Assembly (NCBI GenBank): GCA_002189035.1
Contig: NEEC01000021.1
Coordinates: 868,001 to 932,000 of the forward strand
Reading direction: 5' to 3'
DNA length: 64,000 nucleotides
Source of the DNA: Utricularia gibba
Taxonomy: Eukaryota > Plantae > Magnoliophyta
The stretch's first letter is position 1. The number at the start of each line of letters is the position of its first letter. Positions 1 through 11,661 of this stretch are shown piece by piece. Below the pieces are notes generated by a model. That model was given only the letters and a program-made list of their open reading frames with translations. It was not told the DNA's origin and ran no database searches. A program made the position numbers and the translations under genes.

Positions 1-173
1 TCCCTTTACTCAAGTCTATCATTATTTCCTTCTTAATTTTTCTGTTTACATCTTGTGTTTCCTATGTGGGGAAGGTGACAAATTATGCTTTATAAGTTGT
101 ACTATTGGTCCCCTTTGATCTTGTAGACTTCTTGTTTAAAAAAATCTTACGGCTTGTGGTTTTGTTTTTGTAG

Positions 174-955
174 AGAATATGATCAGGGGCCTACAAGGCA
201 TCATCCACTGGGTTGGCATATATCATTTATGAAGTGAGCATCTGATCAGCACCATCTTCTTCTTATTTCATCGCATTGATATACAGGCATCCATTGCCTT
301 ATTCAGATCACTGGCAGCATTTTCTCGGATGCCTGTTGTCATAACTAATCATGTTCGATCTCAAGGCCATGAAACATCTCAGTACATGTTCCAGGTTCTT
401 GAACTCCTATCGTGCTCGCTTCATTTGTGTTCATAATTTGAAAACAAATGATCTTCATGCTGAATTATAGTAAGGCTTGGTGCATTGCAGAAAAAAGCTG
501 ACGCCGAGCATCATCCTCCCAAGTCCGAGTCCCATCTTGTTGCCACATTGGGTATTCACTGGGCGCATGCTGTTAGCATTCGCCTTGTGTTAGAATCAAG
601 ATCAGGTCGTTTTTTTTCGTATAATGCAGATACTTATTTAAACATACTTACTGAAATAAATTAGCTATTGAGTGCAGGGAAAAGGATCCTTAGGATTGCA
701 AAATCGCCAATATCCCCATCTTTGGGATTCCTTTTCACCATAACTGCATCTGGGATCTCGTTGCTTGATGATGAAGGAATCGACATGGCTGGTTCGGACG
801 CAAGCAAAATAAGCTGCCAAGGTATGCCAGAACCTCTTTTCTTTCTGTCATATGTGTTCAAAGATACCACCATGTCTAACTAAGATGTTGCTTCTCCCCC
901 GCCTGTCTTGAATTTCTTGGATGCAGGCCATGGCCAAATCCATATGCCACCATGA
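174..955 (+). CDS. RAD51B: DNA repair protein RAD51 homolog B, 3' part (multi-exon; 5' part outside or not resolved in window)
   Basis: Spliced exons (174-233, from 307, about 491-609, about 672-822, 927-955) translate to EYDQGPTRHHPLGWHISFMK-SLAAFSRMPVVITNHVRSQ...SHLVATLGIHWAHAVSIRLVLESRS-GKRILRIAKSPISP. This matches the recalled plant RAD51B C-terminus. Stop TGA at 953-955. Confidence 0.88.
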
Positions 956-2047
956 TCGTTGCCATGACCATGCAGAGCAGTAAAAAAGATTGTGCAGACA
1001 CATTAGGTTAGTGGTTCACATCGTTAGGCAGTGCATAGAGATTGAATTTCCCTCATGAGCCAAATGCCTCTAGATTATCAATATAAAGGTTTATCTGTTC
1101 TTTTGCGGAGTATTACTACTCGGAAGAAACATATGTTTTCACTAATCACTACAAAAGCTAGCATTTCTGTTGTACAATTGCAAATGTTGTACTGCATTCT
1201 TGTACCTTTCCGTTTCCCATTTCATCATATCTTGTTCACTTTTTTTTTTTTTTTTTCAATTGATTGCACTGAGTGGGATCCTCAATGAGACGGATGCCTC
1301 AAGGGGGGATATTTGGCATCTCCATTCCCCTGCTCCTCGATAGACGCAATGCTCGGAGGGCTGAGGGTTAATAGGTTGCATACATAACTATATATCAAAT
1401 ATGATATAATAAATTTAATTATTATGAAAAGTGAAAATTAAAAATGATACAAATTCGTATATATTTGTGTATATTAAGCACAATTAAGCGTCAAGTTATC
1501 TGTATTTTATTATATTAATAGATCATTACTTCTTAAAGCAACATAATTATCAGCAAATACTTTTTTTGTATAGAAGGAAGTAATAGTAGGGCATAAAATG
1601 TAAACACACTTACGTGCAATAGAATGAGAGTAGTTAGTTACCGGCAACACTGTCCACGTGACTAGCACATGGTATATGGTCGGAATTCCGTTACACGAAA
1701 AGCAAGGTGCTTTGGGAGAAAAGTGGAATAGGTTAGTTAAGAGTTACTTACTACCTGATGTTGGGTTGATTCCAGCAACATCTTCTTCTGTTCTTGCAAG
1801 CCAAGATGAGATAATGTGTCTCTATTGAACAAATGTGTGTTGCCGCATGTGGGTTCCTGATAAGAAGAAACAAAAAACTGGTTGTTTTTCTGAGTTCGAT
1901 CAGCTTCTCAAGGATTTGAGCAACCCAGCAACAAGAAACTGTGAGTGGATAGAGCTCGCTGCTCTCAAGGTGTAGGAGGAAGGTGCAACTGAATTGAAAG
2001 TCAGGCCTCAGAAGAATGTCTTACCACATTTTTCGAGTTTAGGAGAA

Positions 2048-5000
2048 TTAGATTGAGTCACCAGGAAGCACGTTGGTAAACTTTGTGCAGTCGAAGGGCC
2101 CGATGTAGTTCGTTTTTCTTTTGACCTGAAGGCTCATAATGATGAATCTCGAGTGTAGTTTTCAAGGGCCTTTTTGTTAGACTGCTCTTAAGTTTGAATG
2201 TAACATACCGGGGACCAGGGGCTTGGTTCAGCCACAGTTTTATCAGGAGGTGAGTTCTTTACTGCACCCCCTTCCTTGTGAGGATATCCTGTAACACCCA
2301 CAAAGCTTTCTTGGTGAATATTCAACATGGAGAAGAAATTTATAAAAAACATTTCTAAAGACGGCTGGTAATGGGCAACCAAAGGAGAAGTAGAGATGAG
2401 CACAATGGTGAAATAAAGATTTTGAACAAGGAAATCATGATTGTTCAGCTGCAGGGCCATATTAGTCTAAGGTTCCATGAAAACAGACCTCTCCAGCAGC
2501 TTCAATGGCAGCCAACCATTCTTCTGAAAAGGGAACAGCACTTCCTGGAACAACAAATGCGTTTACTTTCGTTGTACACTCCTCGCTTTTGTTATGACTG
2601 CCACCAAAGGAAACAAAGTTATAGTGCTGAGTTAGTGTAATCAATCTACTTCGAGGCAGAGGTGTGAAGACTAACTTTGCTGCTGAAGTAACTTCAACGC
2701 TTATGGAGTCCGGGAAAGTTTCTTCTGATGATACTATTACATCATTGCAAGTAGCTGATTGGCCTGAATTGCTCAAAGTTTTTGGGAAAGAGTCCTCCAG
2801 TTTCACCAATTCGCCGTAATTACAGGCTTCATCAGTAGCCTTTCGATAATCTTTTTGAACGTCAGGGCAGCTATCCTTAACCCCTGATTCTCCTCCACAA
2901 AATTTATTGTCACTTTTGTAATCTTCACAGACATCATGAACAGAAATTTCATAATTTTTTTGAGCATCGCGACAACTTTTACTGACACCTGATTCTCCTC
3001 CACAAAATTCAGTAGCATTTTGATAATCTTTGCATGCTTTGTCAGCAGAATTTTCATGATCTTTTAGAGCTTCAGAGCAAATATCTTCAACTCCTGATTC
3101 TTCTCCAGATAACTCAGTATAATTTTGATAATATTTACAGGCTTCATCAGCAGCACTTTCATGATCTTTTCGAACTTCAGGGCATATATCTTCAACCACT
3201 GATTCTCCTCCAGAAAATTCATTATCATGCATTGCCCATGCTACTAAACCGGTGGTATCATGTCCAGTTAAATTTTCTGAGGGAAAAACAGAATTATGAT
3301 TCCCTACCTCTCCAGCAGGTCTACTACTACTTACATTACGCTGTAAGCAATGGCTACCTTGTATGAAGTCTGAATCTTTATTACTGGATGCTATATCTGG
3401 ATATTCAAGATCTGCACTTTCTCCAAACGTGCTTGTATCATCCTGGGATGTGTCTATCCTGTCACAAACGACGTCCTTTGTGACAAACACACCCATTTCA
3501 GCATGAGGAACTTTGTATGAATAATTTCCTTTCGCATGAGTTACACGAGAGACCGATCTATAGCAATGTTTCCAATCACTTGAAATCGTTGAAGTGCTCT
3601 GTACTCTGGCATCAACGTCATGCTCACTATCTACCCCAACATAAGGTCTATGATTCGAGACCAAACAGTTGCTTCCCTTTTTCTCTGAGCATAGCTTATT
3701 CATTTCCCGCAGCATCAAAATATGAGGCTCTTTATGCCCATAAACTGTTGTCTCTGTCTCTTTGGGTGAAAAGGAGCACTTCTTTGGCTGCATTAGCACA
3801 TCCTCAAAACCATTACCAAGGGTACATTATACCTGCTGATATACTTGATAGCTCAAAATAAGGTTATTTTACCTGACTAAAAAATGACAATGACGGTGAA
3901 GGCATTCTTAAACCAGTTGGCTTCAAAGTTCGACCCGGAAAGGAATGTATCTTGCTGCTCTCTTGGGCTTTGAGTGGAACCACAGCAGTTGCTGGTTCAT
4001 CTTTGCCCTCCATAGCGTTGATGGACGTTGCCGGAGGCATATCTTCTGAAATAGTCTTTGAGCTTGGATTTTCATCCTTCCAACCGAATATTTTGCAGGA
4101 TGCCTGTCACATCAAAGCTAATTTTAGATGCATTTACATGTTTTTAATGATTTGCTTGATGCATAGGCATATAAAAGAAGAATCAATTAGCCACTTACGA
4201 ATTGATTGTTTGGACAGCAGTCAGATCCCAAAGAACTAACTTGACTGTTGCTTCCAACTGCAATGTAACCAAGTGTGGACATCTTACTCTGGACATGACA
4301 TGATTCTATAAAGGGAAATTTATCTTGCATTTGGGAGAATCTGCAGTCCCAAAATTGAAGAAAAAAACACAGAAACAACAAAGCAAACACTAGATACCTG
4401 ATTTAATAAGCTGATTGTGAGTCACATGATTGGCTCTTGGTACACTGCTTCTTCTTGATGCAACTGCTGAATTAAGTCGCGGATTCATTGGAATTGGAAC
4501 CTTTGGCAACTTCGATTGGCCTATTCCAGTACTTAAATTTGGCAACTTCGATTGGCCTTTTCCAGTACTTAAATTTGCTGGTCTTTTTAATGTGACACAA
4601 CCATTAAGGTTGACTATTCATGAGAGTTCGCAGTGTGTATCCAAACTAAAAAAAAAAAAAGATACTTTAAAGTCCTACGTTCTACTAAAGGATATGATGA
4701 TGCTTGTGGCGGCTGAGAATAATAATTCATCGTTAAAACAGATTTTCCAGCTGAACGAGTTGCAATTCCGTGTGAACTCTGCAGCATCATGAGCATTTGA
4801 GGCCATGTATTTTAAACTACTCAAGTTTCCTTTTTAAGAGAAAAAAATGAACCTGGGGTGAAACGAGAAACTTACCCTAGGGGGTGATGTGATGATGCTG
4901 TGAGGAGACGAATGCAACAATGGCGAAGGGCATTCCTTTGTTCTACTTTTCTCCACGCCCCCATCCTTCGCATCTTTCATCTGATTGCCTTGAACAAGGA

Positions 5001-5541
5001 GCATAGTACTAGCAGAAGAATCTTCATGAATGAAAGATTGCTCTCTTCTTTGAGATGCCCCAGTAATGATAGAAAGTTCTAAAGGGTCCAAAATACCTGA
5101 GTAAACACATAACCGTCATTCAATGTGTTATTGATTCTAGTAGTATTCGAGAATGGCATGCACACCTTCTTCAGTGAAAAAAGCTCTATCCCAAGCTAAG
5201 CTCTTCCGAAAATTACTCTCGCCTCCTTTTTTCTTCCTCTTCATCTGCTGTGGCTCTAATCCAATTTTCGGATTTTCACACCTGTTAGCATCAACTCCAT
5301 TACTTCTCCGACGAGAACTTTCAAATTCCTCAAAAGCTTCTGCATCCCCTGCATTAAATTAATAAAAACCTAAAAGTTTCACCTCGATACACAGATTTCA
5401 CTTCCATTACACTCCTAATCCAGAATCCCAATCCAAAACAAAACCCTAACCATAAACCGAACTGGAGGGAAGAAACAAACATGAGTTCTGACCTGCTGGC
5501 AAAGCCTGCAATGTGGATTTGAACCTTGTATTCGAACGCAT
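2048..5541 (-). CDS. Uncharacterised plant protein of the RKSLAWDxAFFT / GLRMPSPSLxFF family (At5g60150/At3g53320/At2g37070-like), multi-exon
   Basis: ATG at 5541 (MRSNTRFKSTLQALPA). Exons encode NFRKSLAWDRAFFTEEG-VLDPLELSIITG, GLRMPSPSLSFFSQ, AVPFSEEWLAAIEAAGE, NSPPDKTVAEPSPWSP-VKRKTNYIGPFDCTKFTN, and stop TAA at 2048-2050. Family assignment is from recalled motifs. Confidence 0.75.
2815..3232 (-). repeat. Coding tandem repeat, about 4 x 105 bp (35 aa)
   Basis: The anchor TGATTCT(C/T)CTCCA recurs at 2885, 2990, 3095 and 3200, an exact 105-bp period. Peptide units resemble EFSGGESVVEDICPEVRKDHESAADEACKYYQNYT. Confidence 0.95.
4502..4577 (-). repeat. 36-bp in-frame tandem duplication (12 aa, PNLSTGxGQSKL)
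   Basis: TTTGGCAACTTCGATTGGCCT(A/T)TTCCAGTACTTAAA occurs at 4502-4537 and 4538-4573 with one mismatch. Confidence 0.95.
4592..4695 (-). other. U12-type (minor spliceosome) AT-AC intron, 104 nt
   Basis: On the minus strand the 5' end reads ATATCCTTT, the branch-like ACCTTAAT lies 11 nt from the 3' end, and the intron ends ...GTCAC. Removal joins GCA TCA TC|A TTA AAA AGA CCA GCA AAT (ASSLKRPAN) in frame. Confidence 0.9.
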
Positions 5542-6718
5542 CGATTCCGCCTTCAAAGCGCCGTCGTGGACGTAGCAGGTTACTCTTGAAACTGGGACGA
5601 TGCCAGGCGGAGTTATCACCGGGAAATCACGGACTTTTTTCCTCCGATAAGTTACCGTTACATTTGAAATTTAAATTATTATTAATATTTTAATAGATCA
5701 ACAGTGTGTGGGCCTACTGCTGGACCCAAAGATGTCCATAATAATTTAAATAATAAATTAATATCTCACTATTTTATCAATACACATGTTATATCATAAT
5801 CATGCGCATGTAACAAATCAAATTATACTGCAATTTTATTAATTCATAAAGTAGCATTTTTTAAAGTGCTCCCAGTAATTGGTTTTGAAGGATAATTTAT
5901 TTAAAATGGATATTTAATAATAGGTTTTATTTTAAATTGATATTAAATAATTTTAAAGTTCATATATTTATAGAAAATACACTCAAAATAGAATTTTATT
6001 TTAAATATATTAAAACATTTAAAATCAACAATCCAAATACTTCTATATAATTAAATATAATATAATTATACTCATATATCCTAGTTTATAATTATCAAAC
6101 CAAACGTAGCGGTTGTTATATTGAATGAACAAATAGACGTTTATAGTTAAAATTTGATATGATTTAACATAAATATAACATTTTTAGTATAAATTAGTAT
6201 TTTATATATTTCAATCAATAAAAATTATTGAAAATCATTTATAATATCTTTTATAAATAATTGTAATATGAGTATAATATTAATTAAGATAATATATTTT
6301 ATATCAATTCAAAATAATAAATTTTGATGGAAACAAGATTAGTGAATAATGATATGAAAAAGAGAATTTGACTCTGATTTCGAGTTTGGTAATTTTCTTT
6401 ACTTATACTCTGTGTTTCTTTCAACGTTGATAGTCAGTATTGATTGACCATGAATTTTATAGGAAGAATACATCAATTTTAATGGAACGGTAGATGGGTA
6501 TGAGTCCAAATCCCTATAGCAAAGCATAGAGCAACAATCTGGTACATGATTTATACGAGGTACCAATTTAGGCCAAAAAGGAAATGAAGCATGAAACGGC
6601 GTCGTAAGGGTGAAAATTCAACAATTCAAAGAGGGCTGGGGATCATCATCGTCATCTCACGGTAAGCAATTCTGTAGCCGCCTCAGAGCCAGTGGGATCG
6701 TTGCAGCGGCCGAGGGAA

Positions 6719-8204
6719 ATGAGCGGAACGGTGAAGAAGGTTGCGGACGTCGCCTTCAAGGCGGGGAAGAGCATCGATTGGGAGGGGATGGCGAAGCTGC
6801 TTGTCTCCGATGATGCCCGTCGAGAATTCGCCACTCTTCGCCGCGCTTTCGATGACGTCAATACTCAGCTTCAGACAAAGTTCAGCCAGGTCACGTGTTT
6901 CGGATTTTTTCTGGGTAATGCGTAATGATGGGAGAGATCTGCAGGAGTTTCATTTTTTTTAATCGATGATTTTCTCGTCGTTGTGTATTGGGATAGTGTG
7001 GGTTTGGATCGTCGATTGGTTTGGCGTCTTTGATTAGGGTTTAAATGGCTTACCCTAAACGATCGGTTTTCGCAATTGGTCTCGTATTTGTTAATTGATC
7101 TCTGAATGAAAGCGTTTTTATCCTCTCATTTTGTTACATAGAATTTGGGGCTTTGATAATCTAAACTGAATTTGATGCTAATGCTAGTTGAACTTACGGA
7201 TGCCAATCCTGGTTACTGATTTTCCACTGAATTTAGTATTGTTTATTGTGGCATTGTCGTTAAGAGGATGAAGTACGTGTTTATTATGTCTTTCCTTCTA
7301 AAGTTTAAGGGTTGCTAAAGCTCATGTATTTGGAGCTTTTTATTGTAAATTGCAGGAGCCAGAACCTATTGATTGGGAGTATTATCGAAAAGGAATTGGA
7401 TCTCGTCTGGTTGATATGTACAAGCAAGCTTATGACGGTAAGCGCAGAGTCTTGCTTTCTTCACTTAAAATATTTTTTTTACTGCAAACAATGTCTTGCT
7501 GTTTTTTTTTTTTTTTTTTTTATGTTCTGGATTTTTTTGTTACAAACACAATGTTTTATGCCAGTTTGCACATACCATGGATTAAGTTTGTCTAACTTAT
7601 GCCTGTTAAAAATAAAGGTTGTTTTGCCTCTGATGTTGAGCTTTTTTTCCCAGAAATTAAAATCCCACAGTATGTTGACACTGTGACTCCCCAGTACAAA
7701 CCCAAGTTCGAGGCCCTGGTAAGATCATCCTTCTTCCTATATCGTTAAGAATTTTGGTGCAGCTTCTGTCAATTCTTAACGATATAGGAAGAGTCTGAAA
7801 GGCTGGAATATCCTCATTGTGGTTGCTTAATTTGTCGATGGGAATATCCTCATTTTGTCAATTTTATCTGATATAATCACACGAGCAGCATTTTATTTTT
7901 GTGGGTTTCAGTTGGTAGAACTTAAGGAGGCAGAAGAGAAGTCTCTGAAAGAGTCTGAAAGGCTGGAAAAAGAAATTGCAGATGTTCAAGAGTTGAAGGT
8001 ATGATTCTTTGGGCCGGTTCAAATATTTTTTTTCTCAAGAGTCATCTGGTATCTAACAAATGGTTTCTGGGCATCTTCATTGGCATGGATTTGTTACAAC
8101 AGAAGAAGCTTAGTACCATGACAGCTGATGAATACTTCGAGAAGTATCCAGAGCTGAAAAAGAAGTTTGATGATGAAATTCGCAATGACCAATGGGGTTA
8201 CTGA
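6719..8204 (+). CDS. ATPQ: Mitochondrial ATP synthase subunit d (multi-exon)
   Basis: MSGTVKKVADVAFKAGKSIDWEGMAKLLVSDDARREFATLRRAFDDVNTQLQTKFSQ-EPEPIDWEYYRKGIGSRLVDMYK...KLSTMTADEYFEKYPELKKKFDDEIRNDQWGY*, with GT-AG introns. Confidence 0.97.
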
Positions 8205-9131
8205 AATCTATTCCCCAGCATTTCTGAAGTTTCGGCTCCAGCTTGGTAATAAAGGGAAGACAAAACTTTGGATTTTCATTTCATTTTAAACTCTAATCAG
8301 ATTGCTTTCTTTCCCCGGCATGAGCCAGTTCCTTCTGCTGTGTTTCCTGACATTAAAAGTGCATTTGGACCGTGAAACATGTCGAGGTTTCGTGATTTAG
8401 TTTGACCTACAATTCAAGGCTCTGCTGCAATGTAACTGAAACAAGGCTATGAAGAAGCACCACCCCTTGTCTTAGGAAATCATAAGTGATACTTTAAGGA
8501 AGGGGTGGAAAACAAAAACCCGACTTTTTTTTTTTAGTTTCTTTTGTTAAATTCTTGCAGTTCCTTCCATTGACTGCTCTCATTCAACAAGGGAAGAACT
8601 GCAAGAAAGGGTGAGGGGGGTTGCGGGAAATGAAAAAAGAAGCTTGGGAAATAAAGTTTGGTTGTATCACGATGGAATAGAACACATCTTTCATCTCTCG
8701 TTATCTTGATTCCTGTCTTCTATATTCAGCTGATGCCGTTGATTAGATCCCCTTTTCTGAAAGCTTGGGAAATGAAGTAAATATTGCAGGGGAGGCAATG
8801 GTTGGAGAGATACAACAGATGGCCTTATGTAGACATGTCTGAAAATTGGAGATACGTGCAGGATAGAAGCCTGCTCAGCTCTTTTGTGCTGTGCGTTTAG
8901 TTAGCATTTCTGCATTATGGGACATGGTGATGAATGCCTCTACTGAGATCATTGACTGCAACATTCTTCACAGTAGTATACAAAAACTCCATGAAATGAT
9001 CATGAGCATACAAAAAACCTCCTAAAACATGTTCTCCATCAGTAAAGAGGTATCAAAGGCAGAATGGCAGCAGGAAACCAATCTATTTGACAGGTAAGCT
9101 CACCGGTCTTTCTGCTACAGACTTAGCAGAA

Positions 9132-10098
9132 TCATTGCTCACCCTCTTGAGTATCCTCATGTGAAGCTGATTGCTCATGAAAAACACTCTCGGGGTCTTT
9201 TATAAGCTCAACAAGCATGTCAGGGTTGTTTTCAAGAATCCATTGGTACTTTGTAGCACTGTCGTAACTGCTGGAAGTTTCAAATAGAGCTCTTGGCAAC
9301 CACTGTGGATCCTCCTCTTCCTCCTTCATTTCCTCCAGGAAGTCTTTCCAGTCATTTATGAGTCGCCGGAGCCGAATGCTCCTTTGACGAGTGAAAAGAA
9401 GCTTGATCAAGTCTCTGGCTAACACTATGATATCTTCCCCTTCAAGGATAAACATGTACTGTGATCAAGGAAAGTGGCAGTTCAATTAGTCGAGGAAATC
9501 GGATAAGCAGAACTCGTTCGAACACTACATTGACAAGAGAGTACCAGGAAGGCGAACCCCATAGTGGCAAGGACTGCTTGCACAACTTCATCCACTATTC
9601 CTGAAAAGCCTTCATCATCCGACAGGGGCTCACCACTGCCACCGGAACCTTTCCCACCTCCACTGCCACCGGGACCTTTCCCACCACTGCTCCCTCCATC
9701 ATAGAATTCCCCCTTCTGAATCTGATCCCTCAGTACATCTTCAATCGACCGCTCCTTCTTCAGAGAGCCAACAGCTTCCTCAAGAGACTTCCATGGAGAA
9801 GCCTGCACAGTATGAATTAGCTCCAACACTATGAAACAAAAAACAGGCCCTCAAATGACCATGGAAGTGGCAAAACCTCATTCCCATTCTCAGGATTCTC
9901 TTTGCCACCAAACAAGCAAACAGCTGCACCTTTCCTGTATCTTGATTCAACACAAGTGAGTTTAAGAGAGACCCTGCCCAGGTTGGGAGACGGGTACAGG
10001 GTTGATGGGCATGCTGAGGAACTACTAAGCCCAAAGGAATTCCATGTGAAGAGACATGGAGCAGAAGGAGGCTTCAAGATCGTGGTAACTGGACTCAT
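9132..10098 (-). CDS. Glycine-rich membrane protein, At2g43630/At3g59640 (PSS1)-like, probable plastid transit peptide; 3 coding exons
   Basis: MSPVTTILKPP...AVCLFGGKENPENGNE-ASPWKSLEEAVGSLKKERSIEDVLRDQIQKGEFYDGG(Gly-rich)...VLATMGFAFL-YMFILEGEDIIVLARDLIKLLF. There is a spliced 5' leader upstream, to about 10700. Confidence 0.8.
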
Positions 10099-11661
10099 CT
10101 CTAAAAGTGACTCACAACAGTTGCCAATTGACAGCGCTGCAATTAATCAAAAAGAGAGCGTTAGTCTTTAACAAGAAGTGAACATGCATCTCCTTCATAA
10201 ACATCATGGTTTGTTGTATATCAGCAGAGTGCATAAATAGTGTATAACCGCAAATCCTTTTGCAATAGAGATGATTTAGCTGCAGACTAAAGAAACCCTG
10301 CCCAGAATGCCTCAAAAGTCTCGGAATCCAATTCACTACGTACAAAGCCCAGATTGACCTTCGCTATCTCAAATTGATCGACATAATCGGAGATTATGAA
10401 AATCAATCGCATTGAAAACCAAGCATACGGAACCAGGCCAGAATTTACGGCTTCAAAAAGAAAACAAGCGGAGATTACAATGACTCTCAATCACGAACAT
10501 AAAAAACACTCACAAAAGAGAGAATCGCGAGTTCAGATGTCTGCCCTTCTCATTGAAGAAGAGTGAAGAGAAAATGCAGGAGAAAAACGACGTCGAATCC
10601 TTGTCCGGCGACTCTCCCGTGTCGTCCACCTCAAGCTCGCGTACGCCTACTCCGTTTCGGGGTTCTGGATTAGGGAACACGTGCTTGTTTATCACTGCAA
10701 CTTTTAACAGAAGAACACGAAGATTGGGCCGCCCAATTTACCAATTTGCCCTGAAACACGTACACAGGGGATGCTCATTCGTTTGGGCCGTCAAATCTCA
10801 AATTAATCTAACGGTCGACCGGAAGTTGTAAGCGATCCGACGATTCCAGTTTCTCAGATATCGGCTACCAGTAGCAGCTCGGCGATCGGTACAGAGCTAG
10901 ACCTTCCTCGCTTTCTTCTTATTCTTCTTCTTGCTAATTGACATTTTATGTAACTTCGTAACTTCATCGGCAGTCGGTACAGAGCTGCGTTCTTGTCAGG
11001 CGGTGACGCATTCTCTTAAGTGTGTTTGGTTATTAATTTTAGGTGGGTTGCGGCGTGGATTTAGACATAAAACTATATTTGGTTCGTAGGTTTCAGATGG
11101 ATAAAAATAAACCAAGACCATAAACAAGACGAGAATCCATGAAGCTGGATTTAGCTAAATCCAGGAAGAGATCGATTTAGCTAAACCCAACTCGATCTTC
11201 CACTTTTGCCCTCGCATGAAAACTGCTTGGTTTTATGCTTCTACTTTGCTTGATAAGCAAACGAATCCAGACCAATGGGTTTCCAGATGAATTTAGAACT
11301 TGGTTTCTTGGTAGCATTCTCCAGGTTAAATGCTTGCATACCAAAAGCAGCTCAACTGTGGAGGCTGCAAAATCTCTTCAGTTACAACAGCAGACAGGAA
11401 ACATGAGCCAGCATGCGTAATAAGCCTAGGAACATGTCTCATCTTACAAAAAAAGAACGAGTCAGATGCTGGAAGCAGCGAGGGGTGTGTAGAAAACCTG
11501 CGCAACATGTCTCATCTTACAAAATCGACATCTTGCTCGTCATTGAACGCCTCTTAGTGATGATGCGCTTGGGTGAATGATGAGGGCGCTTCAACAAGGG
11601 CTGCATGTCTGAGAGTAACGACACAAGGTGCAATCCACAAGAGGGAATGGTGGCTGCAACC

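Noticed and set aside
7809-7860. ATATCCTC motifs in the ATPQ intron as U12 donors
   Set aside because: The surrounding GT-AG intron already gives the correct protein, and the motifs are part of the small duplication.
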